Shown here: positions 1 to 8,400 of the stretch, piece after piece
How positions within the stretch are numbered: the first letter of the stretch is position 1
Layout: the number at the start of each line of letters is the position of its first letter
The notes under the pieces: generated by a model
Told to the model about the DNA's origin: nothing
Seen by the model: the letters and a program-made list of their open reading frames with translations, nothing else
The model's database searches: none
Virus record (IMG/VR): IMGVR_UViG_3300023199_000101
Location: 1-54,088 of that record
DNA from: a virus
Taxonomy: Duplodnaviria; Caudoviricetes
Reading direction: 5' to 3' (one strand)
Length of the DNA: 54,088 nt
Position numbers and translations under genes: made by a program

Positions 1-114
1 GACGAAACAACCCTGAGCCGCCAAGTTTCGGGGCGTGTCGGATTGTCAGCCGCTTGGCAGTGTGCTTATCTGTTTTTCTTTTCATCTTATAGCACCTAAC
101 GGCTCTGTATGTGA
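1..114 (+). repeat. 3' part of duplicated ~485-bp mini-element (identical to 31666-31779)
   Basis: GACGAAACAACCCTG...CTAACGGCTCTGTATGTGA matches 31666-31779 and diverges immediately after. Confidence 0.95.
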
Positions 115-355
115 CGTGCAAAGCATGGTCGTATAGATGCCCTCGTTAACTGAACGCGGAACATTTCCGCCCTCGTCTGGGTTGTAAGTGTGCAACCGTC
201 TGGACGCGGGTTCGACTCCCGCCGCCTCCACTAAGCTAGCAATGATTCGGGGGCGAATGGATATCGACAGGCGGCCAAGTACCTGAACTGACGCATAGCA
301 CTACCCCCGGCTGAGTAGGTCGGGGCAAAGCCCTGGGGCAATCCTCCGGGGCTTT
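115..355 (+). ncRNA. Circularly permuted tmRNA-like RNA (tRNA-like domain with 3' half before 5' half); outer ends approximate
   Basis: T-arm GCGGG-TTCGACT-CCCGC (206-222) and acceptor 3' strand CGCCTCC-A (223-230) are followed 18 nt later by GGGGGCGAATGGATATCGAC (from 249). These pair 7/7 with a G3-U70 wobble. CAGGCGG (268-274) pairs with CCGTCTG (196-202). Confidence 0.7.
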
Positions 356-357
356 CT
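327..357 (+). terminator. Hairpin / probable intrinsic terminator after the tmRNA-like RNA
   Basis: AAAGCCCTGGGG-CAAT-CCTCCGGGGCTTT stem-loop. Confidence 0.55.
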
Positions 358-397
358 GGTATCTGAAAAAGACCTATCTTTGCTTCAGGAGGAAAAG

Positions 398-661
398 ATG
401 ATCGGATATTTTATTTCTATTATGGCCATCGCTGCCTTGGTGTTTCGAAACTTCCAGCTGGCTGCTGAGCTACAAAAAGAACGGCGCGACCATCGAAATG
501 CGATAGACAGCCTAAATGATATTCTGAGGCAGAAAGCTGAGCATCGCCCGGAGCGGAAGCCGAAAAAGGAAACGGAGGATCCGGATAGCCCTTCGAGAGT
601 TCTATTGAGCCGGCGCGGAAAGCGCATTCGAGAAGGAGTTATCGACTGGGGCGAAGCCTAA
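398..661 (+). CDS. Hypothetical protein, N-terminal membrane anchor plus coiled coil
   Basis: Hydrophobic N-terminus; TATCTTTG -7-like promoter at 375-382. Confidence 0.6.
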   Translation: MIGYFISIMAIAALVFRNFQLAAELQKERRDHRNAIDSLNDILRQKAEHRPERKPKKETEDPDSPSRVLLSRRGKRIREGVIDWGEA

Positions 662-890
662 GTTTTTCTATACTATTTCTATACTCAGGACCATGAATAA
701 TGTAAACTCCTGAAAGAAAGCAAGTTAAAACTTGGTCTCGTAGTACAATGGATAGTACGTGCCAAATATTCATTCTGCCGCATTCCTTCCCAAAACCCCT
801 GTTGTACCGACTTGTCAGATATTCGTTTTCAGAATCAGGGCGAATAGGCGAGAATAAGTACCACTCAGTTTTCTATACTATTTCTATATT
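661..890. other. attP: tRNA 5'-end fragment core (734-758) flanked by arm-type direct repeats
   Basis: GGTCTCGTAGTACAATGGATAGTAC is an acceptor 5' strand plus D-arm (GTAC/GTAC stem), tRNA-Arg-like. TTTCTATACTATTTCTATA occurs at ~665-683 and ~870-888, directly upstream of the integrase. Confidence 0.7.
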
Positions 891-910
891 GGCTGGACAA
901 ACGCCACGCC

Positions 911-2128
911 ATGAAGCTGAATTTTGTCTGCGGCCGCCAGACCTTTCGCAACGATCGGGGGGAAGGTCAGATCGAATTATACCTGTACCATGCCCGGAAA
1001 AAGCGGTACCTAGCTACCGGTTACTTCTGCAAGCCTGCTGACTTCCAGAGAGGAAAAGTTACGCGCCGCCCAGATGCCGTCAAAATCAACAACCGACTGA
1101 ATCGCCTTCGAAGGGAAGCTGAGGACTATTACGACCGCGCCCAGGTCGCAGGGAATCCCTTCCACATGGATAGCCTGCTGGATCACCTGCGGGAATACCT
1201 TCGAGGATCCGCAGACCGTCCGCCGGAGCAAGAAACATTCTGTTTGTTCGTGCGGGCTAATATTGAACTGATGCGCCGGAAGGGGTACGCCCGGGGGTAT
1301 CTGAAAAACCACCAAACATTGCTGAGCCGCTACCTGGAAAAGTACGATCCCGTGGCCGGGCTGGACGATTTGTCGTACCTGTGGCTTTCCGACCTAGTGG
1401 ACTGGCTATTTCAGCAGCCAAACCAGAAGTACCCGGATGGGAAGCTGTCTGCAAACTATGTCGGGCAGCAGGTAACGCTGCTAAAGGTTCACGTTTCTGA
1501 GGCTGTCCGACAGGGAAAGATCCCATACAACCCGTTCAGCGAGTTCTCCGTCCAGCGGGAAAAGACGCGCCCGTCCTTCCTGACAATCGAGGAAGTGGAT
1601 GCCGTTGCCGCCCTAGACCTGACCGGCCGGGGCCCGAAGTGGGAATTTTGGCGTAAGTGGTTTGTCGTCTTGGCGGATACTGGTCTGCGGTATATCGATA
1701 GCGTGCGCTTGGAGCGACGACATATTAGCGAAACTTCAGACGGTGCTTTCCTTCGCATGAGCCCTCAAAAGACTGGCCGACGGACCTTGGCCGATATTGC
1801 ACTGCCGCTCCGGGATCTATTTAATGGCCGACCGGAACGAATCCTGGTGGAGCTTTGCGATGGTCTGGACCCTGCGGATCGTGTTTTTCCTGGAACAGCG
1901 GATGGCGACCTGAATAGATACTTTCGGGAGATAGGCCGGGCGGCTGGTATTGACAGTCATTTCACGGTTCACTCGCTGAGGCACTCGTTCGGAGTAAATA
2001 TGCTGAATGAAGGATACCCTATTGAGGTCGTTTCGCGTTTGATGGCTCATTCTGATATAAAGACGACGCAGATGTACGCCCACCTGACAGACCAAGGCGT
2101 TGTTCGGATGCTGAGGCGGCGAAGTTGA
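911..2128 (+). CDS. int: Tyrosine integrase (arm-binding, SAM-like and catalytic domains)
   Basis: TGLR, HSLRH, MAHS..TTQMY catalytic motifs; Bacteroidota-type N-terminal arm-binding domain. Confidence 0.95.
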   Translation: MKLNFVCGRQTFRNDRGEGQIELYLYHARKKRYLATGYFCKPADFQRGKVTRRPDAVKINNRLNRLRREAEDYYDRAQVAGNPFHMDSLLDHLREYLRGSADRPPEQETFCLFVRANIELMRRKGYARGYLKNHQTLLSRYLEKYDPVAGLDDLSYLWLSDLVDWLFQQPNQKYPDGKLSANYVGQQVTLLKVHVSEAVRQGKIPYNPFSEFSVQREKTRPSFLTIEEVDAVAALDLTGRGPKWEFWRKWFVVLADTGLRYIDSVRLERRHISETSDGAFLRMSPQKTGRRTLADIALPLRDLFNGRPERILVELCDGLDPADRVFPGTADGDLNRYFREIGRAAGIDSHFTVHSLRHSFGVNMLNEGYPIEVVSRLMAHSDIKTTQMYAHLTDQGVVRMLRRRS

Positions 2129-2237
2129 ACCTGGGCCCATTGGTTTGTTTTCGATTTTTTCGATTTTTCAAAAAAGGAAAAGTTCCTTCCATTTCTTCCA
2201 TTCCTTCCATTTGGAAGTTTTGGAAGAACCGTATGAA

Positions 2238-2702
2238 ATGAATATCTTTGAAGCAATGAAGCTGCTATCCCTTTTCTTTTCCGGGTTTTTTTTATTCTTT
2301 GCCCTGCCGACCGTTAAGCAATATGAAATGCTGGACTACCGATCAACTTACCTTATTGTTTCCCTGCCCGGCTTCCTTGTGAAAATTGGAATTGCAGGCG
2401 ACCCTGCTGCCCGGACCAAGGCTATCGATCGATCAGTGAGGGGATCGAAGGAGTTCCGCGTTCTATCCCTGCCGGGCTTATTTGCTGAGCGGTTTGAGAA
2501 GGACGTGCTACACCTGCTTTTCGCTGGATCCCGGAGGACATTCAAAGGATCTGGTAAGACCGAGTATTTCCGGATGGGGCCAATCCGCTTTGTCGGGGCG
2601 GTAGTTCTTATCCTTTTCTGGTGGGCTGCATCCCTGGGAGTGATTATTTCGACTGGTTATTATTTCGCCTTTTTTTTGGTCCGATCCATTCAAGTTATTT
2701 GA
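2238..2702 (+). CDS. GIY-YIG/T5orf172-like protein with hydrophobic segments (start uncertain)
   Basis: YLI...VKIGIAGDPAAR...E..LH.LF..SR.....TEYF pattern plus C-terminal TM helix. Confidence 0.6.
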   Translation: MNIFEAMKLLSLFFSGFFLFFALPTVKQYEMLDYRSTYLIVSLPGFLVKIGIAGDPAARTKAIDRSVRGSKEFRVLSLPGLFAERFEKDVLHLLFAGSRRTFKGSGKTEYFRMGPIRFVGAVVLILFWWAASLGVIISTGYYFAFFLVRSIQVI

Positions 2703-2731
2703 AAAGGCGAATATTTCGTATTTTTGGGGGC

Positions 2732-3244
2732 ATGGAAAAAGATTTTCAAGGAAAAGCGCTCAAGGTTGTTCCCTACGAGGAGCGAGTAGCTGAATTTCAT
2801 CGAACATTCGGCGCGCCGATCGAGCAGTCGCCTGTCATCCCGCCGGAGCGATCCCTGCTAAGGCTCAAACTATTGCAGGAGGAACTAGACGAACTCAAAG
2901 ACGCTATCGTAGTAGGCGACCGTACTGCTGTCGCTGATGCCCTGGTGGATCTCCAGTACGTTCTTTCCGGTGCAGTCCTGGAGTTCGGTTTGACGAATGT
3001 TTTCGAGTTGCTTTTCCAAGAAGTTCATGAATCGAACATGAGCAAGAAAGTCAGCCCGGGCCCTACGCTGGATACTGTCCTGGAGGAAGCGGTGCAACGG
3101 TATGGCCCTCATTTTCAGCTGGCAAGCTGCCCGGATGGGAAAGGATACTACCTACGCCGGACGGATGGCAAGATATTGAAGCCATACACCTACCACAAGG
3201 CCCAGGTATCTTATATACTTGATTCACTATACCCTGAAAAATAA
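2732..3244 (+). CDS. MazG-like / PRA-PH nucleoside triphosphate pyrophosphohydrolase
   Basis: VAEFHRTFG, LLQEELDEL, VADALVDLQYV, EVHESNMSK, DGKILKP motifs; TATTTTTG promoter at 2719. Confidence 0.85.
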   Translation: MEKDFQGKALKVVPYEERVAEFHRTFGAPIEQSPVIPPERSLLRLKLLQEELDELKDAIVVGDRTAVADALVDLQYVLSGAVLEFGLTNVFELLFQEVHESNMSKKVSPGPTLDTVLEEAVQRYGPHFQLASCPDGKGYYLRRTDGKILKPYTYHKAQVSYILDSLYPEK

Positions 3245-3248
3245 CTCT

Positions 3249-3566
3249 ATGAATAAGCTAGAATACAACTTAGAGGAACTGCGCCAGGAGTTCGATGAAG
3301 CGTTCCCTCCAAAACAGAGAAAACGTCAGCGGCTTAAAGTCTATTATTTGGCTGGGGAAAAATATGTTTTTGTTTCCGATGAGGCTTTCGAATATCGAAC
3401 AAGGCTGAGAAAACGATTTGCGGACAAGTTCAAGACGAAAAAGGGCGGGCTGAATATCTGGAAAATCATTGTCAACCTGTTCGAATTCCTGTCAATCGTG
3501 TGGGTATTGATCGAACCCTGGATCCTGGAAAAGTCAGAGCAGCGCGAAAAAGTGCTGTCAGAATGA
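3249..3566 (+). CDS. Hypothetical protein
   Basis: Tightly packed in the operon; C-terminal hydrophobic stretch. Confidence 0.6.
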   Translation: MNKLEYNLEELRQEFDEAFPPKQRKRQRLKVYYLAGEKYVFVSDEAFEYRTRLRKRFADKFKTKKGGLNIWKIIVNLFEFLSIVWVLIEPWILEKSEQREKVLSE

Positions 3567-3660
3567 TCGCATCATGCCTACTATTTGCCCTGGTGGGCTT
3601 CGCCCTGGGTATCGTCTGGACCTGCTGGCGCATTTCCCGCCTGCTGAAAAACTGGCCTGA

Positions 3661-4332
3661 ATGAAAATGACCAGCCAGCAGCTGAAAGAGCTTCGAGCGC
3701 GGAAGCCTGGCATTGAAATAACGCAAACCGTTAAGAGAATCATCGTAGGCTTCGATGCGGATGTTTCGGCCTGCGGTGTGGCTATGTACGATGCTGCCGC
3801 CGGGGAAGTCCTGGAAAAGGAGTGCATCAAATACAGGCTTATGAACGAATGGCTCAATGATATGAGTCGAGACTACGACAGAGACCGGTTCTTGGTGCGT
3901 ATCGAGATCCCTACTGAAAAGACCGCGTTCGGTGTTGTATCTGTATCCAGGGGCAGTAAGGGGGCATTCAAGACGATCTATAATTCTGGCCGCTGCCGAC
4001 AGATCGCTGAGGAAATGTACGAGCTATGCCTGGCGAAGCGAATCCCTGTTCAGCGCGTCGATAGTGATACGAGGATTAACTTCAAGAGCCAAGGGAAAAG
4101 CCGTGCCTGGCTGAAAACGACAACGCCGGGCGACTTTGCCCTGCGAGTAGTGAACCTGGTGCGCCAGGGGCGCGTGAACGATATCTACCCTACAAAGGTG
4201 CCAGCCAAGTTCGTGAAAGACTGGTACGGGCTGCCGGTAGCCGGTAACGACGAAGAGAAGGATGCACTTTGCCTGAGTGTTCCCGAAATGGCCTGGAGGA
4301 AGTATTCCAACGCAATTCAGTATAGCCGCTGA
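3661..4332 (+). CDS. RNase H-fold / RuvC-like nuclease (possible Holliday junction resolvase)
   Basis: IIVGFDADVSACGVA N-terminal motif, conserved E (RIEIP), C-terminal DEEKDA. Confidence 0.55.
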   Translation: MKMTSQQLKELRARKPGIEITQTVKRIIVGFDADVSACGVAMYDAAAGEVLEKECIKYRLMNEWLNDMSRDYDRDRFLVRIEIPTEKTAFGVVSVSRGSKGAFKTIYNSGRCRQIAEEMYELCLAKRIPVQRVDSDTRINFKSQGKSRAWLKTTTPGDFALRVVNLVRQGRVNDIYPTKVPAKFVKDWYGLPVAGNDEEKDALCLSVPEMAWRKYSNAIQYSR

Positions 4333-4384
4333 AAAAATCGGCTTTTTGTTTGGAACTGATCCCTGTCCGAATTGTTGTTTTAGT

Positions 4385-4642
4385 ATGAGTAAGGAATTAG
4401 CGTCGGGCATCGTTTTTTCTATCAGGCAGACCAAGCAGGCTTGCTTGGAAGCGGCAGAAAACGCAAAAGCGCTGGCCCTGTCAAAGCTAGATCCTTTCAA
4501 GTTTGACGACCAGTTCATGCGCCAGCAGATTGCTGCTATTGATCCGGAGGACTGCCTGCCGGACGCGCTGAAAGCCCCGGAAAAGAAGAGGCCGGTAAAG
4601 ACCAAGCCTTCCGGGTTCACTGCGAAAATACTTGGTTTGTAG
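4385..4642 (+). CDS. Hypothetical protein
   Basis: ORF co-oriented with the operon. Confidence 0.5.
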   Translation: MSKELASGIVFSIRQTKQACLEAAENAKALALSKLDPFKFDDQFMRQQIAAIDPEDCLPDALKAPEKKRPVKTKPSGFTAKILGL

Positions 4643-4814
4643 TTGAAAAAGCGTACATTTGTAAATATAACCCACCTACCTGGGGCATCCCTGCCCCGCT
4701 TTGTGGCGTTTGTTGTTTGATATAAAAACGGCAGGGCTAAAAACCTGTCGTTTTTTTTATGCGCAAAAATGTAATATATTTGCCTCGTCCCGGAGCGCTT
4801 ACAAAGCGCTTTCA

Positions 4815-6473
4815 ATGAGTACACAAGACAGGAAGGATTTTGCCATCAAGATGGCCCCAGTAGCGAGAGCATTCGCAAAGATTAAAAACCTGGGGCACGT
4901 CGGATCCGTCGTATTTTCTACCACTTCAATAACACTGGCCCTGTACGGCTTGGCCGAAAGCCGCCTGCAGGCGAGTACCTGGATTCTGTGGATCGGTGCA
5001 GCCCTGGCGCTTTTCTTTGCCGTGGCGATTGAGGCCGGTACAAAATACTTCCTCCCCCTGGTCGTCAGACAAGTCGTCGGTAAGTTCTACCGAAGCGGCC
5101 CGCAGCGGTTCATCCTGGCCATGCTGCTGGTCATGACTGCTGGCTTTTTGGTCGTCAACCCACTGACTACGATCAACGGAGGTAAGTTCATCGGGGCGAA
5201 CACGGTAGGCGACTTTCAGCAGACCAGCACTGAATCACTGGACAGCACACGCGCTTCGCAGCTGTCGATGATAGAATCCGGATACGACAGAAGCGCCGCG
5301 CTGATTAAGGAAAAGTACAGGGAGCAGGCGGCAGCCGTACAACAGGAGTATGCCAGCAGGATCTCGGCAAGCCAGCAAAAGGAAGCTCACTACCGGAGCC
5401 TGAACCGAGAAAAGCACCAGTGGGCTGTCGGTAGTGCCAGGGCTGAACGAGTTAAGCAGTCGAAGCTGACTGAGCGCCGCGATGCGAAAAAGGCCAAGCT
5501 GATTGCATCGATGAACAGTGAACTGGCCGACCTGCAGGAGAAGCACCAAGATCGGCTGACCGGGATCGATACTACACTAGCAGCGCAATATGCCCTAGTG
5601 AATAAGAAGGATCAAGTCCGCATCAAAACCCACGCTACCCTATCTGGAGCATCGTTCACCTTCTTTCATATCCTGGCCTGGGTATTTGTCGCTATCGTTG
5701 TGGTTGGGACAGTAGCGAGTGAATACTACCACGAGTATAGCGAACACCACGACGAGCAGGAGGAACTGATGCGCGAGAAGTCCCCGGCAAATCGCTTCAT
5801 GGATGTTCTTTCTAAGGCGTACCTGAACCGGGCGAATGCCTGGATCGATACCTTTGAGGCCTGGGTAGAAAATCCTGGGCCAACGGTAGGGAGTTCGCTG
5901 TTGTCTTTCCTGTTTCATGTGGCAACGCTTGGGATGTTCAAGCGTTGGCAGCCCGGCCCAACGGCTACGGTGGCTGGCTTCCAGTCGGGCCTGTTTGGGG
6001 ATAGTGGCCAAGGGCTAAGACCCAACGCCTCAACGCCTGAAACCCCAGTTGGCAACGGGGTTTCAGAGCGTCTACCAACTGATAGCGAGCCTGAAACAAC
6101 ATCTAGGACAACGGCTAAGCCAACGGAATCTGTAAGCGTTGGAAAAGAGAACGACGGTTCAGGGAAGGCGTTGGCGGTGGATGACAGAAGCGTTGTCATC
6201 GTCGAGTGGTCTGGAATGCCTGCCATAGAAATCGAGGACAAGCAGACCGGCGAGACGACCCTGAAAACGATGGCCGACATCTGTAAGCAAGTGAGCGCCT
6301 ACAAAAGCAAGATCGCGAAAACGAGAAAGCGCATCCTTGGCCTGGAGGCGGGAACAGTGGAAACGTATAACCTGGAGGCAGCCCTACGGAAGGCGAAGGG
6401 TGCGCTGCATAATCAGACGAAGCGATACCAAGAGTGGGTAAGGATTAAGAAAGCCCTGGAGGATATGCAATAG
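4815..6473 (+). CDS. Multi-pass membrane protein with long coiled coil
   Basis: Several TM helices flanking a coiled-coil region; own TATATTTG promoter (4775) and downstream terminator. Confidence 0.75.
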   Translation: MSTQDRKDFAIKMAPVARAFAKIKNLGHVGSVVFSTTSITLALYGLAESRLQASTWILWIGAALALFFAVAIEAGTKYFLPLVVRQVVGKFYRSGPQRFILAMLLVMTAGFLVVNPLTTINGGKFIGANTVGDFQQTSTESLDSTRASQLSMIESGYDRSAALIKEKYREQAAAVQQEYASRISASQQKEAHYRSLNREKHQWAVGSARAERVKQSKLTERRDAKKAKLIASMNSELADLQEKHQDRLTGIDTTLAAQYALVNKKDQVRIKTHATLSGASFTFFHILAWVFVAIVVVGTVASEYYHEYSEHHDEQEELMREKSPANRFMDVLSKAYLNRANAWIDTFEAWVENPGPTVGSSLLSFLFHVATLGMFKRWQPGPTATVAGFQSGLFGDSGQGLRPNASTPETPVGNGVSERLPTDSEPETTSRTTAKPTESVSVGKENDGSGKALAVDDRSVVIVEWSGMPAIEIEDKQTGETTLKTMADICKQVSAYKSKIAKTRKRILGLEAGTVETYNLEAALRKAKGALHNQTKRYQEWVRIKKALEDMQ

Positions 6474-6507
6474 CTGTATATGGGGTTATGACAGCGTTCC
6501 GTGTACT

Positions 6508-6545
6508 CGCCCCTGGCCGCACTGGCCGGGGGTTTTTGTTTTTCT
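6508..6545 (+). terminator. Intrinsic terminator
   Basis: GCCCCTGGCC-GCACT-GGCCGGGGGT followed by a T-tract. Confidence 0.7.
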
Positions 6546-6627
6546 GGCTATTCAGTTTATTTTTTCTGCAAAGAAATTTGAATATCCCGGATATAATTGC
6601 TATTTTTAACACAACAAACAACACGCC

Positions 6628-6849
6628 ATGATGAAAAGCAAAACAACAGTAAACCGCCGCCCGGTCGTTGAAACCATTGAGGATGCCAGCTTTAGCTGGT
6701 TCTTCCCGGATGGATTCCTGGCTGAGCGCGACCAGCGCACCGCGATAAGTTCTGAAACTCTGATCGAAGAACCCACCGACGAGCAGAAAGCTCAGTGGGC
6801 CTGGGAAATCGAGCAGATTCTTGTTCACCCTTCAAACCGCAGAAAATGA
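6628..6849 (+). CDS. Hypothetical protein
   Basis: A-rich leader AACAACACGCC-ATG; stop overlaps the next start. Confidence 0.65.
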   Translation: MMKSKTTVNRRPVVETIEDASFSWFFPDGFLAERDQRTAISSETLIEEPTDEQKAQWAWEIEQILVHPSNRRK

Positions 6850-7553
6850 GCAAGACAATGAAAATATGGGAGGCATTAACTCCCGTAGATCCTCAGTACA
6901 CTAAGAAAGTCCCGCTTGGCGGTCGTAGGTTGACAGCTATCAACGCGACCTACCGGTTCCAGCGAGCTACCGAATACTTTGGCCCTATGGGGCTGGGTTG
7001 GGGCGTAGAGGACGAGCAGTACGACTTTCAGCAGCTGGGAGCCGAAAAGCACGATACCCTATGCACCTACCGTGCCGTGCTGTGGTACATTGATCCTGAG
7101 AGTTCCGAGACTGGAAAAATCCAGATTAGTGCAGATATCTGGGTCTGGGAATACTCGCGCAAGTATCAGGAATGGCAGCGCCAAGAAGACCTTTTTAAGA
7201 AGGTTCAGACTGACGCGCTGACCAAAGGCCTGTCGAAAATAGGCATGGCCAGCGAGGTGTTTAAAGGAATGTGGGATGACCACAAGTATATGGCGAAAAT
7301 CCAGGCTCAATTCTCTGGCCAGAACGGGAATGAGTCAGCTAGACGCAAGCTGACCAAGAAGCTGCTGGAGCAGGCCGAGCCTGGAATGCAAATCGGTGTG
7401 AAAGAGCAAGGCATGACCTTGAAGCATGTGCTGGAAGCATTCGCCAACAAAGGCTTTACCCTGGATCCCGACATGGAAAAGCATGTTTCTGATAAGGTTC
7501 GCCGTTGGGCGAAAGAAGCTGAGGAAAAAAGGGGCGAAAAAGTCCGGCCGTAG
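6846..7553 (+). CDS. Rad52/Sak-like single-strand annealing protein
   Basis: YTKKV..GGR.LTAINATY, FGPMGLGWG, KKVQTDALTKGLSKIG.ASEVFKG motifs. Confidence 0.75.
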   Translation: MSKTMKIWEALTPVDPQYTKKVPLGGRRLTAINATYRFQRATEYFGPMGLGWGVEDEQYDFQQLGAEKHDTLCTYRAVLWYIDPESSETGKIQISADIWVWEYSRKYQEWQRQEDLFKKVQTDALTKGLSKIGMASEVFKGMWDDHKYMAKIQAQFSGQNGNESARRKLTKKLLEQAEPGMQIGVKEQGMTLKHVLEAFANKGFTLDPDMEKHVSDKVRRWAKEAEEKRGEKVRP

Positions 7554-7701
7554 CATCAGTAAGCCGGCCCCTGGGGAGAGCGAAGGCCTTAATGATCACT
7601 CCAGAGGGTCGGTATACCTGACTTGGTTTGTTTAGAGCATTGTCGTATATTGGTGTCCGGCACAACCTATGTTTTTTTTTTAAATCTTTTATTTTGTTTT
7701 A

Positions 7702-8400
7702 ATGACAAGTGTAGATTTCATTGCAAAACATCTCCCCCTCGAAAATTTAGGGATTCCTATTTTGCCTGTTAATGATGTTTGTTCATTTACTGGCAAAACA
7801 ATCAAAGAGGGAGTTTACAACAAAAAACTTATCAAAAAAACATTTACCGACCATGCTTACTTGAGATACCCTTCCGATTATTCAAGTGTTGAAGCTGCGC
7901 TATGTATAGAAGCTGTAATCCCAGCAAAAAAGGGTTTAAGTTCGCTTAGAAATTACTCATACTTTGTATCTGAAAGGAATTTGAAACTATTGAAGCGTGA
8001 GGAAATATTAGACTTGATGCTGAATATTAATGAAAGCCCGTTTGTGCTTGCTGTAACTTATTCAAATAAGAAACACACGTCTTACAAAACAACGCTTAAC
8101 TATAATATCGAAAAATTTGTCGTTACAACTGATGTTGGCGATGTGTTAATTGAGCGAAAAGGGTTACTTGAGATACTACCAATTTTGCAAAACTGGTATA
8201 CTGTTGTTGATGGCAAGCAATGTACAGCATCACAACCCACTTATTTCACAAAATCAGAAATATTGAGCGGGAGCGAAAATATTAAGCGTATCCGGCAATA
8301 CGGAATTGAAAAATATTGCCTTGAAAATGCGGAAATTGAAAAATACCGAAATACGGCATTTCTTAATCTTATTGTTCACATTCTTAACAAAAAAGTCTAA
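7702..8400 (+). CDS. csf1: Type IV CRISPR large subunit Csf1 (Cas8-like)
   Basis: Degenerate N-terminal Zn-finger with TFTD, PFVLAVTYSNKKH and FTKSEILSG motifs; first gene of the csf operon. Confidence 0.75.
   Translation: MTSVDFIAKHLPLENLGIPILPVNDVCSFTGKTIKEGVYNKKLIKKTFTDHAYLRYPSDYSSVEAALCIEAVIPAKKGLSSLRNYSYFVSERNLKLLKREEILDLMLNINESPFVLAVTYSNKKHTSYKTTLNYNIEKFVVTTDVGDVLIERKGLLEILPILQNWYTVVDGKQCTASQPTYFTKSEILSGSENIKRIRQYGIEKYCLENAEIEKYRNTAFLNLIVHILNKKV

Noticed and set aside
196-233. Standard tRNA gene
   Set aside because: No upstream acceptor strand, D-arm or anticodon arm; the complementary strand lies downstream and has tmRNA features.
734-800. Complete tRNA gene
   Set aside because: Similarity stops after the D-arm; no anticodon arm, T-arm or 3' acceptor strand.
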